From positions 126,976,001 through 127,040,000 of the forward strand of contig OZ024743.1 in NCBI GenBank assembly GCA_964016885.1: a stretch of 64,000 bases of DNA. The letters are read 5' to 3'. Each line of letters opens with the position of its first letter. Positions within the stretch are counted from its first letter, which is position 1. Below are positions 1-10,761 of this stretch, piece by piece. This DNA comes from Eledone cirrhosa. Taxonomy: Eukaryota. The notes beneath the pieces were generated by a model. It saw nothing but the letters and a program-made list of their open reading frames with translations, did not search any database and was not told the origin of the DNA. The position numbers were made by a program, and so were the translations under genes.

Positions 1-345
1 AAGTGTGCACATGTTCTGCGTCACGAGTATCAGAAGTGTGAAGATTGCGAGATAGTGTGTTAGAGAAAATCATGATGTAATTTGGGAAAAGTCTGTCCAA
101 AATTACAGTGGAGCACTTGCCCTATCTGACACTAAAAAGAAGGAGGCGTGAGAGGCTGCTGAACGAGGAAAATAAATGGGAGAGTGAGGGCTTAACCCAT
201 CCAAATAAGGTGGCAGCCATAAAAGTTGACAGCAGTGTGATAAAGCAATAAAAGACATGAAGGTAGGGAAGATAGCTGGCCCATCCGATATAGTCGCTGA
301 GATGCTAAAAGCATCAGACATTGTAGGATAAAAAGTACAGTAAGC
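1..345 (+). mobile_element. Decayed RTE-clade non-LTR retrotransposon ORF fragment (region upstream of the RT domain)
   Basis: Manual + strand translation of 239-319 gives DKAIKDMKVGKIAGPSDIVAEMLKASD, matching the LINE pre-RT motif AIxxMKxGKAxGPxxIxAEMLK. Upstream pieces read RENHDVI..EKSVQNYSGALALSDTKKKEA*..LLNEENKWE, broken by frameshifts and stops. Confidence 0.8.
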
Positions 346-451
346 CCTGAACTTATGAAGGAGTTACTTCCAAGAGGACGTCCGGCAGTTGATTCATTCA
401 TAAGTTGATCGACTAACACAGTATGTACTAATAATCCCATATATGTTACAT

Positions 452-505
452 TGATCATGCAAGCGTGGAAGATGGACGTTAAACGATGATGATGATGATG
501 ATGAT
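452..505 (+). mobile_element. RTE-type LINE/SINE 3' terminus with (GAT)n tail
   Basis: CATGCAAGCGTGGAAGATGGACGTTAAAC followed by (GAT)7. Related termini occur at 2571-2650 and 62875-62912. Confidence 0.65.
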
Positions 506-531
506 TGATACTGCAAGTTTCCATATGAGTG

Positions 532-559
532 ATATATATATATATATACAGTATATATA
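532..559. repeat. (TA)n microsatellite, interrupted
   Basis: atatatatatatatatacagtatatata read directly. Confidence 0.85.
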
Positions 560-753
560 ACATGTAATAATGAATTTAACTACGTTAAAGCTAATGACAA
601 GTTGTTAAAGAAAAAAAGTACTTTTTCAATTCTGTGAAAGCAGAATGGTATCCCATACCATAGGTATGATTTGGGCTTGTTTTTATGCTGCAAAAGAAGG
701 AAAGCAGAGCCCGAAAGAGCCCACAAAAACGAACCCATCCCGGAACAACAAAA

Positions 754-1670
754 TGTCATCCTTCAGGCCATCACTGAGGAGTTTGAAACAGGCAGTCTCC
801 TGTAGGAGAGTTGGAGTCAACATTTCAAGTATAGAAGAAGACACTAGAGTTAAAAGGCCTAAAAGTAAACTTAGCAAAGTCGAAAATCCTAATAAGTAGG
901 AAAGAAGACAGGAGAGTGACACCTCAGGGAAGTGGCCTTGTTCGATATGTCAGAAATTCCAGTACACATAGTGTAATTTATGAATTCTCAAGAGATGTTG
1001 TGGCATTGCAGGTAGGCTAACAGAAAAGACTTTCTATGCAGCAGATGCACAGAAGCAAGCACTAAGAGCACACATGAAATAGATTCCTTCAGTTGCCAGG
1101 GAGTCTCCTTAGAAATAACTGACAGCTTTTGTTACAAATTAGCATTGGGGGAGGATGTACTGAAACTGTGATAGCTAGGATAAGAACAGGCTGGAAGAAG
1201 TTTAGAGAGCTACTACCGCTGCTGACAACAAAAGGCTTTTATCTCAGAGTGAAGGGTAGACTATATGGTGCATATATGTGAGCTGCAAGGCTACATGGCA
1301 GTGAAACATGGGCTTTGACTGCAGAAGACTTGTGGAAGTTTGAAAGAAACGAATCTAGTATGCGCCAGTGGATGTGTAATGTTAGTGTGCATGAGTGACA
1401 CAGCATAAGCAAACAGGAAAAAACTTGACATAAGAGGAATTGGATGCAGTGTGCAAGAAAGACTGCGTTGGTATGGAGATGTGATGCATATGGAAGATAG
1501 TAGCTGCATAAAAAATGCATAGAAACTCCAGTGGCTGGGACCTGTGGAAGATGCAGACCCAGGAAGCCATGAGATGAGGTTGTGAAGATTGACTTTCAAA
1601 AACTAAACCTCACAACAGAAATGACAAAAGGGCTGGCGCTATGTTGTGCTGATGAAGATCTGGACATCAT
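754..1670 (+). mobile_element. Decayed, 5'-truncated RTE-clade LINE: end of RT, Cys-rich insert and C-terminal ORF region
   Basis: Manual + strand translations: ILQAITEEFETG (just before the expected YADD), LELKGLKVNLAKSKILISRK, SGKWPCSIC, IARIRTGWKKFRELLPLLTTKGFYLRVKGRLYGAYM*AARLHGSETWALTAEDLWKFERNESSMRQWMCNVSVHE, and GTCGRCRPRKP*DEVVKIDFQKLNLTTEMTK. These match RTE hallmarks (LxYGxETW, GRPRKTW). In-frame stops and frameshifts are present. Confidence 0.88.
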
Positions 1671-2473
1671 ACAATATGGCCTAACTTATCCCAATACACC
1701 CACCCCCACCTTTAACCAGCACTCCCTAGCAACTATACTTAGCATCACTACACCACCACACCCTTGCTTCCTTCACTCATTAACTACAGCCTCCTCCAAA
1801 GCCCTTTGATACCCTCACTATTGCACCCTCCCACCAGCTGCTATCCTCACCATCACTATCACCCCATAGCTATTCTCTCCACCCCAACCCCGCTTTCTGG
1901 CACTGGTGAGTACCACCCCTACCCCAGTGCTAATGACCACCATTCACACCATTTCCACCATTGCAAACCCTTCAACCCTGTCAAATCAAATCAAACTTGC
2001 CCTAACTTCACACTAATCTGCCCCTTATCCTCACCTAGCAGAAAAGCCTCTCCCATTGGGACAAGGACCTACCTAGTACACCCAGTAAGGTGGTTGGTGT
2101 CAGGAAGGGTACTGCACTGTAAAAACCATACCCATAAAAAAAAAGGGGAGGGACCTTCGGTCATGGCACGGTACAGCATCCTCTAATGTAGGTGACACAA
2201 TAAACACATCCAGCTGTAGAAAGCTTACTAAACAAAGGGTTAGGAGGACCCTTCAGTCATGACAGCCTCCCTAGTGTTGGTGATCTACATGATTCCACAC
2301 CTAGTACACGCTGTAAAGTGGTTGATGATTAGAAGGGCACCTAGCTGTAGAAAGCTTGCCAAGCGAAGGGTTGGGAGAACTCTTCAGTTGTGTCAAAGAC
2401 ATGACAACCTCACCTGTGCATTAAATAAAATGTCAGACCATACATAAGTGAGATGCAGACCTGTTGGGCTGTC

Positions 2474-2540
2474 TGTGAGGTCAGTAGCCCCACTTCAGTA
2501 CTGACTTGTGAGGTCAGTAGCCCCACTTCAGTACTGACTT
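2474..2540. repeat. Perfect 33-bp tandem duplication
   Basis: TGTGAGGTCAGTAGCCCCACTTCAGTACTGACT at 2474-2506 and 2507-2539. Confidence 0.92.
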
Positions 2541-2570
2541 GGTCTATGTAGACCTGTCCAAACATTTGCT

Positions 2571-2650
2571 AGCAGAGATGTGGATGTTAAATGATGATGA
2601 TGTTAATGTTGATTTGAGCAGAGATGTGGATGTTAAATGATGATGATGTT
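2571..2650 (+). repeat. Duplicated retroelement 3' tail (34-bp direct repeat)
   Basis: AGCAGAGATGTGGATGTTAAATGATGATGATGTT at 2571-2604 and 2617-2650. Confidence 0.9.
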
Positions 2651-2654
2651 GATA

Positions 2655-2775
2655 TGAGTTAGGTTGTCATGTACTGAGGTTAGACTTGTCAGATGACCAT
2701 ATCATGCTCGTACACTCCCCTTTTAGTTTCGTTTCCATGGCTGGCTGCCATAACACCAACCACTTTAAAGTGTGT
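2655..2775 (-). mobile_element. SINE fragment, same family as 62660-62912, opposite orientation
   Basis: The reverse complement reads CACACTTTAAAGTGGTTGGTGTTATGGCAGCCAGCC...GGAGTGTACGAGCATGATATGGTCATCTGACAAGTCTAACCTCA. It aligns by eye to GGAGTGTATGAGCAAGACACGGTCACCTGACCTGTCTAGCCTCA at ~62803-62846 (+). Confidence 0.65.
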
Positions 2776-2839
2776 CATTTTATCGTGAAACAGATTTAAA
2801 ACTGATGAAAAAGATAAAATGTATAAAGTAGAGAACTAC

Positions 2840-2963
2840 CTATTTTCTTTAGTGCCTGGTCTGTCATCCTCCACATCAAACTGCCACCGTTCCAGTACTT
2901 CATTAGTATCAGCACACAGGATTACTATCACCAACTTCTCTAACATCATATTAGATAACCATT
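2840..2963 (-). CDS. MAD2L1: MAD2 (mitotic spindle assembly checkpoint HORMA protein) internal coding exon, 124 bp, equivalent to vertebrate MAD2L1 exon 3
   Basis: Minus strand: ...TTCTAACCTTTTCTAG|AATGG...GAAAATAG|GTAGTT. Translation (E)WLSNMMLEKLVIVILCADTNEVLERWQFDVEDDRPGTKEN(S/R) contains the MAD2 signature KLVxVI...EVLERWQFD. Its phase-1 start completes codon G|AA from the exon at 63318-63464, and there are no stops. Confidence 0.95.
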
Positions 2964-2992
2964 CTAGAAAAGGTTAGAAACAGAATTAGTCA
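2964..2992 (-). promoter_or_regulatory. 3' splice signal: candidate branch point, pyrimidine tract and AG
   Basis: Minus strand TGACTAATTCTGTTTCTAACCTTTTCTAG. A CTAAT branch-like motif has its A ~23 nt before the exon, and a second CTAAC lies closer to it. Confidence 0.65.
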
Positions 2993-5900
2993 CTCCTTTA
3001 TATACAAATAACTGTGGTACACAACAATATAAACAGTAGCTGTTGTACACTACATTATTACCACAAACTGTGCTATAATATATTATCATCACTAGGTGCA
3101 GTATAAATCATTATAATCACTGGCTGAGCTATAATACATTATCAACACTAGCTGTGGTATAATGCATTATCAACACTGGCTGTGGTATAATACATTATCA
3201 ACACTGGCTGAGCTATAATACATTATCAACACTAGCTGTGGTATAATGCATTATCAACACTGGCTGTGGTATAATACATTATCAACACTGGCTGTGGTAT
3301 AATACATTATCAACACTAGCTGTGGTATAATGCATTATCAACACTGGCTGTGGTATAATACATTATCAACACTGGCTGTGATATAATGCATTATCAACAC
3401 TGGCTGTGGTATAATACATTATCAACACTAGCGGTGGTATAATGCATTATCAACACTGGCTGTGGTATAATACATTATCAACACTAGCTGTGGTATAATG
3501 CATTATCAACACTGGCTGTGGTATAATACATTATCAACACTAGCTGTGGTATAATGGATTATCAACACTGGCTGTGGTATAATACATTATCAACAGTGGC
3601 TGTGGTATAATGCATTATCAACAGTGGCTGTGGTATAATGCATTATCAACACTAGCTGTCGTATAATACATTATCAACACTGGCTGTGGTATAATGCTTT
3701 ATCAACACTGGCTGTGGTATAATACAATATCAACACTGGCTGTGGTATAATGCATTATCAACACTGGCTGTGGTATAATACATTATCAACACTAGCTGTG
3801 GTATAATACATTATCAACACTAGCTGTGGTATAATGCATTATCAACACTGGCTGTGATATAATGCATTATCAAAACTAGCTGTGATATAATGCATTATCA
3901 AAACTAGCTGTGGTATAATGCATTATCAACACTAGCTGTGGTATAATACATTATCAACGCTGGCTGTGATTGTTTGTACTACATTATCAACACTGGCTGT
4001 GGTATAATGCATTATCAACGCTGGCTGTGGTATAATGCTTTATCAACACTGGCTGTGGTATAATACATTATCAACACTGGCTGTGGTATAATGCATTATC
4101 TACACTGGCTGTGGTATAATGCATTATCAACGCTAGCTGTGGTATAATGCATTATCAACGCTAGCTGTGGTATAATGCATTATCAACGCTAGCTGTGGTA
4201 TAATGCATTATCAACGCTGGCTGTGGTATAATGCATTATCAACACTGGCGGTGGTATAATGCATTATCAACACTGGCTGTGGTATAATGCATTATCAACG
4301 CTGGCTGTGGTATAATGCATTATCAACACTGGCTGTGGTATAATACATTATCAACACTTGCTGTGGTATAATGCATTATCAACACTAGCTGTGGTATAAT
4401 ACATTATCAACACTGGCTGTGGTATGATGCATTATCAACAGTGGCTGTAGTATAATGCATTATTAACACTGGCTGTGGTATAATGCATTATCAAATGCAG
4501 GTGCGGTATAATGCATTATCAACACTGGCTGTGGTATAATGCATTATCAACACTGGCTGTGGTATAATACATTATCAACAGTGGCTGTGGTATAATGCAT
4601 TATCAACGCTGGCTGTGGTATAATGCATTATCAACACTGGCTGTGGTATAATACATTATCAACACTGTCTGTGGTATAATACATTATCAACACTAGCTGT
4701 GGTATAATGCATTATCAACACTGGCTGTGATATAATGCATTATCAACACTGGCTGTGGTATAATACATTTTCAACAGTGGCTGTGGTATAATGCATTATC
4801 AACAGTGGCTGTGGTATAATGCATTATCAACACTAGCTGTCATATAATACATTATCAACACTGGCTGTGGTATAATGCTTTATCAACACTCGCTGTGGTA
4901 TAATACAATATCAACACTGGCTGTGGTATAATGCATTATCAACACTGGCTGTGGTATAATACATTATCAACACTAGCTGTGGTATAATGCATTATCAACA
5001 CTGGCTGTGATATAATGCATTATCAAAACTAGCTGTGATATAATGCATTATCAAAACTAGCTGTGGTATAATGCATTATCAACACTAGCTGTGGTATAAT
5101 ACATTATCAACGCTGGCTGTGATTGTTTGTACTACATTATCAACACTGGCTGTGGTATAATGCATTATCAACGCTGGCTGTGGTATAATGCTTTATCAAC
5201 ACTGGCTGTGGTATAATACATTATAAACACTGGCTGTGGTATAATGCATTATCTACACTGGCTGTGGTATAATGCATTATCAACGCTAGCTGTGGTATAA
5301 TGCATTATCAACGCTAGCTGTGGTATAATGCATTATCAACGCTGGCTGTGGTATAATGCATTATCAACACTGGCTGTGGTATAATGCATTATCAACACTG
5401 GCTGTGGTATAATGCATTATCAACACTGGCTGTGGTATAATGCATTATCAATGCTGGCTGTGGTATAATGCATTATCAATGCTGGCTGTGGTATAATAAA
5501 TTATCAACACTGGCTGTGGTATAATACATTATCAACACTTGCTGTGGTATAATGCATTATCAACACTAGCTGTGGTATAATACATTATCAACACTGGCTG
5601 TGGTATGATGCATTTTCAACAGTGGCTGTAGTATAATGCATTATCAACACTGGCTGTGGTATAATGCATTATTAACACTGGCTGTGGTATAATGCATTAT
5701 CAAATGCAGGTGCGGTATAATGCATTATCAACACTGGCTGTGGTATAATGCATTATCAACAGTGGCTGTGGTATAATGCATTATCAACAGTGGCTGTGGT
5801 ATAATGCATTATCAACGCTGGCTGTGGTATAATGCATTATCAACACTGGCTGTGGTATATTACATTATCAACACTAGCTGTGGTATAATACATTATCAAC

Positions 5901-8900
5901 ACTGGCTGTGGTATAATGCATTATCAACACTGTCTGTGGTATAATGCATTATCAACAGTGGCTGTAGTATAATGCATTATAAACGCTGGCTGTGGTATAA
6001 TATATTATCAACACTGGCTGTGGTATAATGCATTATTAACACTGGCTGTGGTATAATGCATTATCAAATGTAGGTGTGGTATAATGCATTATCAACACTG
6101 GCTGTGGTATAATGCATTATCAACAGTGGCTGTGGTATAATGCATTATCAACGCTGGCTGTGGTATAATACATTATCAACACTAGCTGTTGTATAATACA
6201 TTATCAATGCTGGCTGTAGTATAATGCATTATCAACACTAGCTGTGGTATAATACATTATCAATGCTGGCTGTGGTATAATGCATTATCAACACTGGCTG
6301 TGGTATAATGCATTATCAACACTGGCTGTGGTATAATACATTATCAACAGTGGCTGTGGTATAATGCATTATCAACAGTGGCTGTGGTATAATGCATTAT
6401 CAACGCTGGCTGTGGTATAATGCATTATCAACACTGGCTGTGGTATAATGCATTATCAACACTGGCTGTGGTATAATACATTATCAACACTAGCTGTGGT
6501 ATAATACATTATCAACACTAGCTGTAGTATAATACATTATCAACACTGGCTGTGGTATAATGCATTATCAACACTGGCTGTGGTATAATGCATTATCAAC
6601 AGTGGCTGTAGTATAATGCATTATAAACGCTGGCTGTGGTATAATATATTATCAACACTGGCTGTGGTATAATGCATTATTAACAATGGCTGTGGTATAA
6701 TGCATTATCAAAATTAGGTGTGGTATAATGCATTATCAACACTGGCTGTGGTATAATACATTATCAACAGTGGCTGTGGTATAATGCATTATCAACACTG
6801 GCTGTGGTATAATGCATTATCAACGCTGGCTGTGGTATAATACATTATCAACACTGGCTGTGGTATAATACATTATCAACACTAGCAGTGGTATAATACA
6901 TTATCAATGCTGGCTGTGGTATAATGCATTATCAACACTAGCTGTGGTATAATACATTATCAACACTAGCTGTGGTATAATACATTATCAATGCTGGCTG
7001 TGGTATAATGCATTATCAACACTGGCTGTGGTATAATACATTATCAACACTGGCTGTGGTATAATACATTATCAACACTGGCTGTGGTATAATACATTAT
7101 CAACACTGACTGTGGTATAATGCATTATCAACACTGGCTGTGATATAATACATTATCAACACTGGCTGTGGTATAATGCATTATCAACACTGCCTGTGGT
7201 ATAATGCATTATCAACACTGGCTGTGGTATAATGCATTATCAACACTGGCTGTGGTATAATACATTATCAACACTAGCTGTGGTATAATACATTATCAAC
7301 ACTAGCTGTGGTATAATACATTATCAACACTAGCTGTGGTATAATACATTATCAATGCTGGCTGTGGTATAATGCATTATCAACACTAGCTGTGGTATAA
7401 TGCATTATCAACACTAGCTGTGGTATAATACATTATCAATGCTGGCTGTGGTATAATGCATTATCAACACTGGCTGTGGTATAATACATTATCAACACTG
7501 GCTGTGGTATAATACATTATCAACACTGGCTGTGGTATAATACATTATCAACACTGGCTGTGGTATAATGCATTATCAACACTGGCTGTGGTATAATGCA
7601 TTATCAACACTGGCTGTGGTATAATGCATTATCAATACTGGCTGTGGTATAATACATTATCAACACTGGCTGTGGTATAATACATTATCAACACTGGCTG
7701 TGGTATAATACATTATCAACACTAGCTGTGGTATAATGCATTATCAACACTGGCTGTGGTATAATGCATTATCAACAGTGGCTGTGGTATAATGCATTAT
7801 CAACAGTGGCTGTGGTATAATGCATTATCAACACTAGCTGTGGTATAATGCATTATCAACACTAGCTGTGGTATAATGCATTATAAACAGTGGCTGTGGT
7901 ATAATACATTATCAACACTAGCTGTGGTATAATACATTATCAACACTAGCTGTGGTATAATACATTATCAACACTGGCTGTGGTATAATGCATTATCAAC
8001 ACTGGCTGTGGTATAATACATTATCAACACTAGCTGTGGTATAATGCATTATCAACACTGACTGTGGTATAATGCATTATCAACACTAGCTGTGGTATAA
8101 TGCATTATCAACACTGGCTGTGGTATAATGCATTATCAACACTGGCTGTGGTATAATACATTATCAACACTGGCTGTTGTATAATACATTATCAACACTG
8201 GCTGTGGTATAACACATTATCAACACTGGCTGTGGTATAATACATTATCAACACTGGCTGTGGTGTAACGCATTATCCACACTGGCTGTGGTATAACACA
8301 TTATCAACAGTGGCTGTGGTATAATGCATTATCAACACTGGCTATGGTATAATACATTATCAACACTGGCTATGGTATAATACATTATCAACACTGGCTG
8401 TAGTATAATACATTATCAACACTGGCTGTAGTATAATACATTATCAACACTGGCTGTGGTATAATACATTATCAACACTGGCTGTGGTATAATGCATTAT
8501 CAACACTGGCTATGGTATAATACATTATCAACACTGGCTGAAGTATAATATATTATCAACACTGGCTGTGGTATAATACATTATCAACACTGGCTGTGGT
8601 ATAATGCATTATCAACACTGGCTATGTATAATACATTATCAACACTGGCTATGGTATAATACATTATCAACACTGGCTGTGGTATAATACATTATCAACA
8701 CTGGCTGTAGTATAATACATTATCAACACTGGCTGTAGTATAATACATTATCAACACTGGCTGTGGTATAATACATTATCAACACTGGCTGTAGTATAAT
8801 GCATTATCAACACTGGCTGTGGTATAATACATTATCAACACTGGCTGTGGTATAATACATTATCAACACTGGCTGAAGTATAATATATTATCAACACTGA

Positions 8901-10537
8901 CTGTGGTATAATACATTATCAACACTAGCTGTGGTATAAGACATTATCAATGCTGGCTGTTGTATAATGCATTATCAACACTAGCTGTGGTATAATTCAT
9001 TATCAATGATGGCTGTGGTATAATACATTATCAACACTGGCTGTGGGATAATACATTATCAACACTGGCTGTGGGATAATGCATTATCAACACAAGCTGT
9101 GGTATAATGTATTATCAACACTGGTTTTGGTATAATGCATTATCAACACTGGTTGTGGTATAATACATTATCAACGCTGGCTGTGGTATAATGCATTATC
9201 AACACTGGCTGTGGTATAATACATTATCAACACTGGCTGTGGTATAATACATTATCAACACTGGCTGTGGTATAATACATTATCAACACTGGCTGTGGTA
9301 TAATACATTATCAACACTGGCTGTGGTATAATACATTATCAACACTGGATGTGGTATAATGCATTATAAACACTGGCTGTGGTATAATGCATTATCAATA
9401 GTGGCTGTCGTATAATGCATTATCAACATTAGCTGTCGTATAATGCATTATCAACATTAGCTGTGGTATAATGCATTATCAACACTGGCTGTGGTATAAT
9501 ACATTATCAACACTGGCTGTGGTATAATACATTATCAACACTGGCTGTGGTATAAGACATTATCAACAGTGGCTGTGGTATAATACATTATCAACACTGG
9601 CTGTCGTATAATGCATTATCAACACTGGCTGTGGTATAATGCATTATCAACAGTGGCTGTGGTATAATACATTATCAACACTGGCTGTGGTATAATACAT
9701 TATCAACGCTGGCTGTGGTATAATACATTATCAACGCTGGCTGTGGTATAATGCATTATCAAACCTGGCTGTGGTATAATACATTATCAACACTAGCTGT
9801 GGTATAATGCATTATCAACACTAGCTGTGGTATAATGCATTATAAACACTGGCTGTGGTATAATACATTATCAACACTAGCTGTGGTATAATACATTATC
9901 AACACTAGCTGTGGTATAATACATTATCAACACTGGCTGTGGTATAATGCATTATCAACATTGGCTGTGCTATAATGCATTATCAACACTAGCTGTGGTA
10001 TAATGCTTTATCAACACTAGCTGTGGTATAATGCTTTATCAACACTAGCTGTGGTATAACACATTATCAACACTAGCTGTGGTATAATACATAATCAACA
10101 CTAGCTGTGGTATAATACATAATCAACACTAGCTGTGGTATAATGCATTATCAACACTGGCTGTGGTATAATGCATTATCAACACTGGCTGTGGTATAAT
10201 GCATTATCAACACTGGCTGTGGTATCATGCATTATCAACACTGGCTGTGGTATAATGCATTATCAACACTGGCTGTGGTATAATGCATTATCAACACTGG
10301 CTGTGGTATAATGCATTATCAACACTGGCTGTGGTATAATGCATTATCAACACTGACTGTGGTATAATGCATTATCAACAGTGGCTGTGGTATAATAAAT
10401 TATCAACACTGGCTGTGGTATAATACATTATCCATGCTGGCTGTGGTATAATACATTATCCATGCTGGCTGTGGTATAATACATTATCCATGCTGGCTGT
10501 GGTATAATACATTATCCATGCTGGCTGTGGTATAATG

Positions 10538-10761
10538 TATTATACCACAGCCAGTGTTGATAATGTATTATACCACAGCTAGTGTTGATAATGCGTTATA
10601 CCACAGCCACTGTTGATAATGCATTATACCACAGCCACTGTTGATAATGCATTATACCACAGCCACTGTTGATAATGCATTATACCACAGCCAGTGTTGA
10701 TAAAGCATTATACCACAGCCAGTGTTGATAATGCATTATACCACAGCCAGTGTTGATAATG
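10538..10761 (-). repeat. Inverted block of 8 satellite monomers (left arm of palindrome 10532-10991), copy 1
   Basis: The + strand switches to TATACCACAGCCAGTGTTGATAATG.. for 224 bp (8 x 28). Both switches occur at ATAATG|TATTAT. Confidence 0.97.

Larger units (their letters stand above)
1690..2650 (+). mobile_element. Probable 3' UTR of the RTE element, or adjoining SINE pieces: C/A-rich tract, repeated modules and (GAT)n tail
   Basis: C-rich low-complexity tract at 1690-2050. The module ACCTAGTACAC..GTAA[G/A]GTGGTTG..AG[G/A]AGGG.AC..CTGTA.AAA recurs at ~2068-2135 and ~2298-2362, with a partial copy at ~2205-2228. The region ends in GATGTTAAATGATGATGATG. Confidence 0.55.

Noticed and set aside
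103-2447. Short ORFs in the supplied track (62-140 aa)
   Set aside because: They are antisense, off-frame or partial readings of decayed RTE sequence, microsatellites (poly-His from (CAT)n) or a C-rich tract. None resembles a host protein.
1-2839. Next MAD2 exon (expected ..IQxEIxxVIRQITAxVTFLP..)
   Set aside because: Not found by eye on the minus strand. It presumably lies beyond the window start, as the first exon lies beyond the window end.
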